Shown one piece after another: positions 37,562 through 46,291 of a stretch of DNA of 64,000 nucleotides (position 1 is its first letter; every line of letters begins with the position of its first letter). The notes under the pieces were generated by a model. The model worked only from the letters and a program-made list of their open reading frames with translations, was not told the origin of the DNA and did no database searches. A program made the translations under genes and the position numbers. The DNA comes from Clostridia bacterium (GTDB taxonomy: Bacteria > Bacillota > Clostridia > Oscillospirales > CAG-272): positions 68,614-132,613 of the forward strand of contig JAFUIQ010000009.1 in the NCBI GenBank assembly GCA_017468385.1. The letters are read 5' to 3'.

Positions 37562-38416
37562 TCACGTAGTTGGTATGGCAAAGATCGACTCGTCAAAGCC
37601 GGAAATATCGGTCAGCACCGATGTGGTCTGCATCAGATAATGGGGGGCGTCGGCATCGGGCAGATAGGAATAGGCGGATACGATGATGCCGTAGTCCGGA
37701 ATGACCTCAAAAGTTTCTCTGATACCGCTGATGGTGTCTGTGAAGGTGGCGCGGATGCAGGGGGTGTTCAGTAGGGTTTCCAGAGAAAGCGTGTATTTCC
37801 CCTCATCGGCCTGCGCAATCATCCTCTGCATACGGGCAAGGGAGGGGAGACCCAACTCGCCCTCCGGCGTAAAGTCGGAGGCTTTACTGCGGGAGAAGTG
37901 ACGGGAGGTGGTTCCTTCACGGATAAAGAACGTGTCGGCGTCCGCTGTCAGCTGTTTCGGCAGCAGAGTGGGCGAGAACACCTCCGCGTGGATGCGCGAT
38001 CCGGATACCAGATAGTAAATTTGCACCGAGGTGAAGTGGTCCTCTTCATCCGCCCATGTGACGGATGCGGTTTGATAATAGGATGCCACCGGTTCGGCAG
38101 ACAAAAGGATTTCCTTCAGTGATGCGGGCGACAGATCCAGCAGTTTGTCATCGGAATCTTCCAGCAAGGGGGCGTGGCCGGTGAGGGAGGACAAAAACTC
38201 CTCGGAAAATCCGTCACCCGGATCCTCCGCGTTCTCCGGTGTGAAGAATCCCTGCAGGAAGGCCGGAGGGGTCAGAATCTGCGCCTGATACAGAACGGCC
38301 ATCAGAATCATAAAGGCCAGAAGAAGGCCGCCGGCAATAATCAGCGTGCCCGGAATGATGGGCAGGGTGGTCACATCGGTGTGGGAGGAGGTGCGGTTCT
38401 TTTTCATACGCATCAT
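37562..38416 (-). CDS. Membrane-anchored hypothetical protein
   Basis: One N-terminal TM (IIPGTLIIAGGLLLAFMILMAVL). The start overlaps the stop of the upstream WecA-like gene. Confidence 0.6.
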   Translation of the reverse strand: MMRMKKNRTSSHTDVTTLPIIPGTLIIAGGLLLAFMILMAVLYQAQILTPPAFLQGFFTPENAEDPGDGFSEEFLSSLTGHAPLLEDSDDKLLDLSPASLKEILLSAEPVASYYQTASVTWADEEDHFTSVQIYYLVSGSRIHAEVFSPTLLPKQLTADADTFFIREGTTSRHFSRSKASDFTPEGELGLPSLARMQRMIAQADEGKYTLSLETLLNTPCIRATFTDTISGIRETFEVIPDYGIIVSAYSYLPDADAPHYLMQTTSVLTDISGFDESIFAIPTT

Positions 38417-39567
38417 TCCTCTCCGGATTCCGCGTCCGAAGCGGCTTCATTCTCGGCGATTTCCGCCTTTTTGTTGGGGGAAAGCTGTTCCGGCGGAATG
38501 TCGGAGGGATCAAATATGCCGGACAGATACCGGGCGGAGGGATTTTTCATAATCAGGAAGTTGATGGCGAAGATGGCAATCGCAGCCGCCACCAGAAGCA
38601 GGGATTTGATGAATCGCGTTTCCTTGAACATGGTGTCGGTGAAGGTCAGCGCCACCAGTCCCAGCAGGCCGCAGATGGCGTATATGATGCCCACCGCTTC
38701 CTTCTGGGTGAATCCCAGATCGATCAGCTTGTGATGGAGATGACCGCGATCGGGAGAGAAGGGGCTTTTGCCATGGAGCAGCCGGCGGAAAATCGCCCAG
38801 CTGGTGTCCAGGATCGGCAAAGCGAAAATGGACAGCGGAATGATAAAGGAGAGCAGGGTGTGCAGCTTGAACAATCCCTCCACGGAGATGATGGCCAGCG
38901 TGTATCCCAGAAACAACGCGCCGGTGTCGCCCATAAAGATGCGGGCGGGGTGTTTGTTGAAGGGAAGGAATCCCACACAGGATCCGGCCAGAATGGCCGT
39001 GATCAGGGCGGCGGAAAAGTCGCCCATCAGGAGGGTGACACCTAGAATGGAGAAGGAACAGATGGCGGAAACGCCGCAGGCCAGGCCGTCCAGTCCGTCG
39101 ATCAGATTGATGGCGTTGGTCAGACCGGTGATCCACAGAATGGACAGAGGGATGCTCCATCCGCCCAGGGATACGATGGTATCCCCGAAGGTGATGAAGT
39201 TGATCACCGCTCCGTTCAGAACAGCAAAGGTGGCCGCCGCCAGCTGTACCAGCAGCTTCACCAGCCAGTGCAGGCGGTAGATATCGTCCAGCGTGCCCAG
39301 CGCACACAGCAGCATACCGCCGAGACAGATGGAAACAACGGTGGAGGACGGCTCACAGAAAATCAGTGATGTGAGGATGAAACTGGCGAAGATGGCCAGT
39401 CCGCCCAGACGGGGAATGGGTTTTTTATGCATTCTTCGCGCATCTGCGGGGATATCGATAGCACCGATCTTATAGGCCAGAACCCGGATCGGCGGCGTTA
39501 TGGTGTACGCCAGCAGTGCCGCGCATATTACGGCAACCAGACCGTAAATCAGCGAAATGTAATTCAT
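38413..39567 (-). CDS. Undecaprenyl-phosphate N-acetylhexosamine-1-phosphate transferase (WecA/TagO, MraY-like GT4 family) with an acidic C-terminal tail
   Basis: Polytopic. Motifs PRLGGLAIF, LGTLDDIYRL, NAINLIDGLDGLA and FMGDTGALFLG. Confidence 0.88.
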   Translation of the reverse strand: MNYISLIYGLVAVICAALLAYTITPPIRVLAYKIGAIDIPADARRMHKKPIPRLGGLAIFASFILTSLIFCEPSSTVVSICLGGMLLCALGTLDDIYRLHWLVKLLVQLAAATFAVLNGAVINFITFGDTIVSLGGWSIPLSILWITGLTNAINLIDGLDGLACGVSAICSFSILGVTLLMGDFSAALITAILAGSCVGFLPFNKHPARIFMGDTGALFLGYTLAIISVEGLFKLHTLLSFIIPLSIFALPILDTSWAIFRRLLHGKSPFSPDRGHLHHKLIDLGFTQKEAVGIIYAICGLLGLVALTFTDTMFKETRFIKSLLLVAAAIAIFAINFLIMKNPSARYLSGIFDPSDIPPEQLSPNKKAEIAENEAASDAESGEE

Positions 39568-39603
39568 AAACAGCGTGGGGAGATCCTTTCCGACGCGGGA
39601 GCG

Positions 39604-40095
39604 TCAAGATTGTGTTTCCAGCGAGATGCAGTAGCCTACACCGACGAAGTGCGGCAGGGACATGTTTACCTGTTCGCCCACATAGATGGTGTAGCCGCCG
39701 ATGTTGTAGGAGATGCCGCTCAGCACGGCGTCTGCTTCCACGGTCACATAGATGGTGGATTTGCCCTCCACGGTGGTCAGTTCCATGGTGCCGGTGGTCA
39801 GATTCTTGCCCAGATATACATAAGGCTGGGATTCTACGGCAACGATGGTGCCGATGTTCATCTTCTTGGAGGAGTCGATCAGCGTCTCACCTACGGAGAT
39901 TTTGTCGGCATACATATCGTCCACGCCGGCGATTTCAACCACATAGGTTACTTTTGTGGCCGCACTTCCCGACAGGGAGTCCACAGGCGTGTCCTCACTG
40001 AGGACAAAGACGTACAAAAGAACCGCGGCCACGGCAAGAATACCGAGGAGGATCAACACGTCCATAATATTGAATTTCATTTTTACTTTACGCAT
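39604..40095 (-). CDS. DUF4330-like membrane-anchored protein (paralog B)
   Basis: MRKVKMKFNIMDVLILLGILAVAAVLLYVFVL is a TM anchor. AAGGAG SD. ATG 40095 overlaps the upstream stop by 8 nt. Confidence 0.65.
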   Translation of the reverse strand: MRKVKMKFNIMDVLILLGILAVAAVLLYVFVLSEDTPVDSLSGSAATKVTYVVEIAGVDDMYADKISVGETLIDSSKKMNIGTIVAVESQPYVYLGKNLTTGTMELTTVEGKSTIYVTVEADAVLSGISYNIGGYTIYVGEQVNMSLPHFVGVGYCISLETQS

Positions 40096-42175
40096 GGCGG
40101 GAGGCTCCTTTTTTAGTAATTTGGTTCTCGCGGGGGCGGAGGGGGACATCCAGATCGGCTTCCGTCTTGCTGGCAGGCGCATAGGCGGTCTTATCCTGCA
40201 GGCGGGAGAGATCGGCTTGTCCGCAGCGGATATAGGCCGCGCTCAACGCGGCAGTCAGCCAGAACATTAGGTACACGCGGTAATTGTACCAGGTGTAATC
40301 CGTAAAGCTCTGCACCAGCACAGCAAAGATGCCGCACAAGGGCGCGGCGGCCTCCATGCGGAGCTTGGTGATCCGCTGATGAACGGCGATATCCATTGCC
40401 TGCGTGCGGTTTGCCGCCGAGGCAGGAAGTGTGTTCTGGGGCCGGACGGTGGCGGCAATGGTTTGCCGCATATCCTCCAGCTTGCGGTAGAAGGTGAAGT
40501 TGTACCGGACAAGAAGCAGGATGAAAATGAGGAACAGAAGCAGTCCCACGATGCCGCACTCCACGGTGATCTGCAGATACAGATTGTGGGCGTGGGGCGC
40601 TGTTTCGATGGCGGCCAGCGAGTAGCGGGGATATACCGTATCCCATGCCGCCTCACCGATGCCGATACCGCATCCCCAGTAATCTGCCAGCATGCGCATG
40701 GTACCGCGCCAGATGTTCACCCGATAGGACGTGGAGGTGTCCGCCAGATTGCCGATGCTGGTGAAGCGGGAAATGATAGACGAAGGAAGTACCAGCGGCA
40801 AAAACGGAATGGCGGCCACGCCGGCGAACAGCAGATACATGGTGCGGCGATTCCAGATAAGCAGGAAGATGATGCCGGCAAACAGCAGTCCCAGCCATGC
40901 GCCGCGGCTCCATGTGAGGATGATGCACAGCCCGCACATGGCACAGGCCACGAGAGAGCATCCCTTCTGGCTCGCGCTGCCCTTGGTGACAAGCAGGGCG
41001 GCGGCCATGGGGAAGAGCATGATCAGATACTCCGCCAGCATATTGGGGTTTTCCAGAGTGGATACTACCCGGGCGGAAATGTTATCAAACATGGTGGAGT
41101 CCAGCCACGCACCCGCATCGGCAATGGACCCGAAGAAATACTGATAAATGCCGTAGGCGGACACCAGCGTGGCGGCGGTAACGGCCGCCCAGGTGCACCG
41201 CTTCAGCCATTCCCGCGTGCGGATCAGAGACACGGTCAGAAGGTATCCGCACAGGAAGCAGATCAGCACCAAAGCCGGCTTGCGGGAACCGGTGGAGAAG
41301 GAGAACACGCCGGAGAATCCGAGACAGATGGCGAAGGCCACGGCCGCCGCATCAACCGGAAGCAGGTGGAATTCCCGCTTGCCCAAAAGCAGTTTGACGG
41401 CGTAGCACAGTGCCGTGTAGCATACAAGAGCCAACAGTACCATGGTGGGCAAAAACGGCATGGTGAAGAACAAAGCAACCACACCCAACTCCGGGGTGAC
41501 GAACACACGGTACGCAAAGAAGATGCCGATGATTCCGCCGGCCACGTACAGCGTGGGCACAAACAGCGTCAGAGAACCGAGCAGCATACCGGCGATAAAA
41601 GCCAGATTGGACCGGCCCACCTCCCCCTCCGCCCGCAGGGATTCCCGACGGATGCCGAAGAAGGACGCGATTCGTAAAACGAAAGCGGACTGGAGTATGG
41701 CGGTAGACAGAGTCATGCGGGACAGGAGCAAGGGAATGGATGCGCCAATACAGCACAGCGCCGTAATAAATCCGCCCACAGAGGGGGTTCCGTCCGCTCC
41801 CAGGACTGTCAGAATAAAGGTGGCGGCGGCATAGATGCCGAAGGTGAGCAGAAATGTGCCGTACACGCGCAGGCGGCACCGCAGAAGATAGTCCATCAGG
41901 CGACGGGTCAGATTGACGGTGCAGCACTGATCCAGACGGCGGGACACCATACGGCGAAGGGGTGTGATGACGTAGCGGGAGATCCGTCCCGCCGGGTATT
42001 CCCGTGTATCGGCTGTATCCTCATCGGAATAGGCGGAAAAAGCCGTGCCGAACAGGCCTGTCTTGAGCCAGAAGTATATTTTTTGGGAGAAGCGATCGAT
42101 GGCGGACAAGATCACGCTGCCGCGAATAAAATCGATTGCCTTTCGTTTTTTCTGTGTTTTTTTGCTTTGGGCCAA
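40088..42175 (-). CDS. O-antigen ligase/polymerase (Wzy_C) family membrane protein
   Basis: More than 12 TM segments and the signature ILTWSRGAWLGLLFAG. TTG start with a GGAGG SD 9 nt upstream. Confidence 0.8.
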   Translation of the reverse strand: MAQSKKTQKKRKAIDFIRGSVILSAIDRFSQKIYFWLKTGLFGTAFSAYSDEDTADTREYPAGRISRYVITPLRRMVSRRLDQCCTVNLTRRLMDYLLRCRLRVYGTFLLTFGIYAAATFILTVLGADGTPSVGGFITALCCIGASIPLLLSRMTLSTAILQSAFVLRIASFFGIRRESLRAEGEVGRSNLAFIAGMLLGSLTLFVPTLYVAGGIIGIFFAYRVFVTPELGVVALFFTMPFLPTMVLLALVCYTALCYAVKLLLGKREFHLLPVDAAAVAFAICLGFSGVFSFSTGSRKPALVLICFLCGYLLTVSLIRTREWLKRCTWAAVTAATLVSAYGIYQYFFGSIADAGAWLDSTMFDNISARVVSTLENPNMLAEYLIMLFPMAAALLVTKGSASQKGCSLVACAMCGLCIILTWSRGAWLGLLFAGIIFLLIWNRRTMYLLFAGVAAIPFLPLVLPSSIISRFTSIGNLADTSTSYRVNIWRGTMRMLADYWGCGIGIGEAAWDTVYPRYSLAAIETAPHAHNLYLQITVECGIVGLLLFLIFILLLVRYNFTFYRKLEDMRQTIAATVRPQNTLPASAANRTQAMDIAVHQRITKLRMEAAAPLCGIFAVLVQSFTDYTWYNYRVYLMFWLTAALSAAYIRCGQADLSRLQDKTAYAPASKTEADLDVPLRPRENQITKKGASRHA

Positions 42176-42302
42176 GGAGTAATGCCTCCTCTCCGTTTAG
42201 AAATATATATACATCTTATATTATACCGCACAATTGTGTACAATTCAACGGAAAAACAGAATCTGCTTCCCGGAATTGTCATGAAATTGGGCAAAAAACC
42301 AC

Positions 42303-42350
42303 AAAAAAGAAATCCGAAGCGGCCGCCCGGTGCGACTGCTTCGGATTTTT
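42303..42350. terminator. Bidirectional terminator at the 3' end of the aromatic operon
   Basis: aatccgaagc...gcttcggatt stem with an A-run and a T-run on either side. Confidence 0.7.
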
Positions 42351-42351
42351 A

Positions 42352-42783
42352 TCACGAAAGGATCTCTTTCAGATGGACAAGGCCCATGCGGTAGCCGTCA
42401 AAGCCGCATCCCGCAATGGTTTTCTTCGCTGCCAGAGAGACAAAGGAGTGACGGCGGAATTCCTCCCGCTCGTTCACATCGGAGATGTGTACCTCCACCG
42501 TGGGGATGGACACCGCCTTCAGCGCATCCAGAATGGCCACGCTGGTGTGGGTATAGGCTGCCGGGTTGATCAGGATGCCGTCAAAGACGCCGTAGGCGGC
42601 TTGAATTGTATCCACAATCGCGCCCTCGTGGTTGGATTGGAACAACTCCACATCCAAACCCATTTCGCCGGCCCAGGCGGTGATCTTCCGGCACAGATCG
42701 GCATAGGTGCCGCTGCCGTAGATGTCCGGTTCCCGGATGCCCAGCATATTCAGATTGGGTCCGTTGATAACAAGAATTTTCAT
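42352..42783 (-). CDS. aroQ: Type II 3-dehydroquinate dehydratase
   Basis: MKILVINGPNLNMLGIREPDIYG is canonical. The ATG overlaps the upstream stop (ATGA). The track start at 42885 is rejected. Confidence 0.93.
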   Translation of the reverse strand: MKILVINGPNLNMLGIREPDIYGSGTYADLCRKITAWAGEMGLDVELFQSNHEGAIVDTIQAAYGVFDGILINPAAYTHTSVAILDALKAVSIPTVEVHISDVNEREEFRRHSFVSLAAKKTIAGCGFDGYRMGLVHLKEILS

Positions 42784-44084
42784 GTGGAACCTCCCGTTGT
42801 TTCTTCGTTTTTCCGGAGTGCTGCCAGAATCCCGGCGGCGGTCTGTGCCGGATTTTCCAGACATGCCGCCCGGACATCCGCCCATGCCTCGTACAGAGGC
42901 AGTCGTTTTTCATACAGCGCCTGCACCCCCTGTGCCTGACTGAGGGGCCGGCCGGCGGAGGACAACTCATCCACCGGGCGGGTGAGAAATACCAGTGTGC
43001 CGTTCTGGGACAAGGGAGCATAGTTTTCCCGACGGGTAACGATGCCGCCGCCGGTGGCAATCACGCAGCCGCTCCTTTTGCCCAGATTCATGGCCGCTTC
43101 GTGCTCGATCCGGCGGAAGGCGTCCTCCCCGTCCTCCCGGATGATCTCCGCCGGGGTGCGCCCGCTGATCTGCACGATTTCCTCGTCCGTGTCCGCGAAA
43201 TCAAAACCGATGGCTTCGGCCAGTGCCCGTCCCGCGGTGGATTTGCCGCAGCCCGGCATGCCGATGAGAACGATGTTCTCCTTGGCCGCCCGCACGGTGC
43301 GGGTCACCTCTTCGATCACTGAATCGGGCAGTGACCGATCGAAGAACAGCTCGCTGGCCCGTTTGGCCTGGGCCACCAGCATGACAAGACCGCTGACCGC
43401 GGGGATGCCGCGGACCAGGGCGTCCTGGATCAGCTTCGTGCGGCAGGGATTGTAGATCATATCCACCACGCCGCTCAGATGATCAAACACCGCCAGATCC
43501 ACGGGCGACACGCCGTTGTTCGGGTACATCCCCACCGGTGTGGTGTTGATGATCACATCCGCATCCGCGTGGCGGGCGATGTTTCCGTAATGGTTCTCCC
43601 CGGAGCGGGAGATGACGACGGGGGTGCCCCCCCGATCCGTCACCACGGCGATGGCTGTCATGGAGGCCCCACCGGAGCCGAGGATCAGGCATTTTTTGCC
43701 CGACACATGGATGCCCGCCGTGTCCAGCATATGGGCAAATCCGTAGTAATCCGTGTTGTCTCCCCGCAGACCGCCGCCGGGCCGATGGGTGATGGTGTTC
43801 ACCGATCCGATCTTTTTGGCCGCGTCGGAGATCTCGGTGAGATAAGGAATCACGGTTTTCTTATAAGGGATGGTTACGTTGATGGCTTCAAACCGATCGG
43901 AGGCGAGAAAGGCGGGGACAGCCGCCTCCTCCATCTCAAACAGGCGATATTCGTAATCGCCCAGCGCGGCATGGATCTCCGGGGAGTAGCTGTGGGACAG
44001 CCGCTCCCCCAGAAGACCGTAGATTTTCTTTTCCACGTCAGCCGATGGATTCCGCGTAGGTGCCGAGGTACTTAAAGTCTTCAC
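42780..44084 (-). CDS. aroE/aroK: Bifunctional shikimate dehydrogenase / shikimate kinase fusion
   Basis: N-terminal AroE (IYGLLGERLSHSYSPEIH, NVTIPYK, NTDYYGF, GSGGA) and C-terminal AroK (IVLIGMPGCGKST P-loop, DTDEEI). The start is uncertain: GTG 44084 overlaps pheA by 47 nt, and an alternative GTG lies at 44036. Confidence 0.88.
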   Translation of the reverse strand: MKTLSTSAPTRNPSADVEKKIYGLLGERLSHSYSPEIHAALGDYEYRLFEMEEAAVPAFLASDRFEAINVTIPYKKTVIPYLTEISDAAKKIGSVNTITHRPGGGLRGDNTDYYGFAHMLDTAGIHVSGKKCLILGSGGASMTAIAVVTDRGGTPVVISRSGENHYGNIARHADADVIINTTPVGMYPNNGVSPVDLAVFDHLSGVVDMIYNPCRTKLIQDALVRGIPAVSGLVMLVAQAKRASELFFDRSLPDSVIEEVTRTVRAAKENIVLIGMPGCGKSTAGRALAEAIGFDFADTDEEIVQISGRTPAEIIREDGEDAFRRIEHEAAMNLGKRSGCVIATGGGIVTRRENYAPLSQNGTLVFLTRPVDELSSAGRPLSQAQGVQALYEKRLPLYEAWADVRAACLENPAQTAAGILAALRKNEETTGGST

Positions 44085-45183
44085 TGCCGGATTCCAACTC
44101 GGAGATCAGCTCCAGAAGCTCCGGCGAGTAGGCGGAGGCTTCAATGTCGAAATAGAACATGAACTCAAATTCCCGCTCAGGCAGAGGACGGGATTCCAGC
44201 TTCAGCAGGTTCAGACCCAGAGCGTTGATTTTGGCCAGAATGTTGTACAGCGCACCGGGCTTGTGGGCCGTAACCAGCATGATGCTGGTGCGGTCCGCAC
44301 CGGGGTAAATCTGGGGATTCTTGGCCACGCAGATGAAGCGGGTGTAGTTGTTGCTCTTATCCTGAACGGAGTCGGCCAGGGATTCCAGCTCATACAACTC
44401 CGCGCAGGCGCGGGCGGACAGTGCCGCCACATCCCGTCTGTCGGATTCTGCCACCATGCGGGCGGCTACGGCGGTGTTGGGGCAAACGGTCACTTTCACA
44501 TCCTTGAAGGTGCGCAGGAAGGCCGCGCACTGATCGATGGCCTGCTCGTGAGAGAAGATCTCCTTGATGTCGCTGATCTTGGTGCCGGGCTTGGCCAGCA
44601 GATGATGATCGATCTTCACCCGCATGGAGCGAACCACGTACAGATTGTGATCCACCATCAGATCGTATACCCGCTTTACGGAGCCGGCGGTGCTGTTCTC
44701 GATGGGCAATACACCGTACTCGCACATGCCGGATTCGATGGCGGCGAACACGCCGTCGAAAGAGGAGAAATACAGGATGGAGGGAATCTTGAACATCTTG
44801 GACGCGGCGATCTGGGAATAGGCGCCCTCCACGCCCTGGCAGGCTACCCGCGCCTGCTCGGGGAACAGCTTGGCGGTGGTTTCCAGCGCGTTTTCGATGA
44901 TGGCACCGTATTTGCTCTCGGGAGAGAGTTTCTTGTGCTGATAGGAGCGGCTCAGGGACAGAATGGTGGAATAGAGCACGATGGCGTACTCGTCCAGGTC
45001 CTCACCGGCTTTCTGGGCCACGCCCGCCAGCAATTCCCGCTCTCTGGCCGCATCCAATACGGGCAGACTGTTCTGACGCTTGTATTCCGCGATATCGCTG
45101 GATACCTGCATACGCCGCAGGAACAGCTCCAGCATGTCGCTGTCAATTTGATTGATTTGTTCTCTCAAAGTGGAAAGATCCAT
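44038..45183 (-). CDS. pheA: Bifunctional chorismate mutase / prephenate dehydratase
   Basis: CM_2 N-terminus (LREQINQIDSDMLELFLRRMQVS), a PDT domain, and an ACT domain with LESRP. Confidence 0.92.
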   Translation of the reverse strand: MDLSTLREQINQIDSDMLELFLRRMQVSSDIAEYKRQNSLPVLDAARERELLAGVAQKAGEDLDEYAIVLYSTILSLSRSYQHKKLSPESKYGAIIENALETTAKLFPEQARVACQGVEGAYSQIAASKMFKIPSILYFSSFDGVFAAIESGMCEYGVLPIENSTAGSVKRVYDLMVDHNLYVVRSMRVKIDHHLLAKPGTKISDIKEIFSHEQAIDQCAAFLRTFKDVKVTVCPNTAVAARMVAESDRRDVAALSARACAELYELESLADSVQDKSNNYTRFICVAKNPQIYPGADRTSIMLVTAHKPGALYNILAKINALGLNLLKLESRPLPEREFEFMFYFDIEASAYSPELLELISELESGSEDFKYLGTYAESIG

Positions 45184-45202
45184 GATATGTTACCTCGATT
45201 AT

Positions 45203-46291
45203 TTATAAAAGTGCCGGATCCAGCAGCGCGTCCAGAACGGCCAGGGCTGCGGCGGCTTCGATGACGGGAACAGCGCGGACGGGGATGCAGGGATCGTGGC
45301 GTCCGCCGATGGTCAGTTTGGTGTTTTCCATCCGGGACAAGCTCACGCTGTCCTGTTCTTTCGCGATGGAGGGGGTGGGCTTCATGGCACAGCGGAAGGT
45401 GAGGGGCATGCCGTTGGTCATACCGCCCTGAATGCCGCCGCTGTGATTGGATGTGGTGAAGATCCTCTCTCCGTCGGTGGCAAAGGGATCGTTGGCGTCG
45501 GAGCCCCGCATTTTGGTGATCTCGAATCCCGCACCGAATTCAATGCCCTTGACTCCGGGCACGCCGAAGATCAAGTGGGAGATGCGGTTTTCCATACCCC
45601 AGAACATGTGCTCACCGAGGCCCGGCTTCAGGCCGGTCACGGCACATTCGATGACGCCGCCGATGGAGTCGCCCTCGGCGCGCATCCGGGCGATCAGGGA
45701 TTGCATCCGCTCCCCGGCCGCGGGATCCATCACGGGGAAGTCGTGGGATAAAACCACCTCAAAATCGGCAGCCGACACGTGAAGGGGATCAAAGGGGATG
45801 TCCTGCACATCGCCCACCGAGGCGATGTGGGCACCGATGCGGATGCCCAACCGGGCAAGAATCTGCAAAGCGATTCCGCCGACGATGCACAAGGGTGCGG
45901 TCAGACGGCCGGAGTAGTGGCCGCCGCCCCGCAGATCCACACAGTGACCGTATTTCATAATGGCGGCATAGTCCGCATGGGAGGGGCGGGGTACGTCCGG
46001 GATGGCGGGGTAATCCCCGGAGCGCATATTGGTGTTGTAGATAACGGCTTCCAGCAGCTCACCGTCGGTGGTGTCATCCACTACGCCGCTGAGGAAATGG
46101 GGCGTGTCCGGTTCCTTGCGCTGGGTTCCGTATTTGGTGGAGCCGGGCGCGCGGCGGGCCAGAAAAGTCTGGAGGGCATCCCGGTCGATCTTTTCCCCTG
46201 CGGGGATACCGCTTGCGCGGACGCCGATCTTTTCATCGAGGGATCCGCCGTAGATTTCCAGGTGCAGATTCCGCAAAAAGGTATTTTCCAT
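45203..46291 (-). CDS. aroC: Chorismate synthase (atypical N-terminal signature)
   Basis: RPSHADY, GGRHDPC and SIGGVIEC motifs. ATG 46291 overlaps the aroA stop (ATGA). The N-terminal motif reads GGSLDE where G-E/D-S-H-G is expected. Confidence 0.88.
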   Translation of the reverse strand: MENTFLRNLHLEIYGGSLDEKIGVRASGIPAGEKIDRDALQTFLARRAPGSTKYGTQRKEPDTPHFLSGVVDDTTDGELLEAVIYNTNMRSGDYPAIPDVPRPSHADYAAIMKYGHCVDLRGGGHYSGRLTAPLCIVGGIALQILARLGIRIGAHIASVGDVQDIPFDPLHVSAADFEVVLSHDFPVMDPAAGERMQSLIARMRAEGDSIGGVIECAVTGLKPGLGEHMFWGMENRISHLIFGVPGVKGIEFGAGFEITKMRGSDANDPFATDGERIFTTSNHSGGIQGGMTNGMPLTFRCAMKPTPSIAKEQDSVSLSRMENTKLTIGGRHDPCIPVRAVPVIEAAAALAVLDALLDPALL

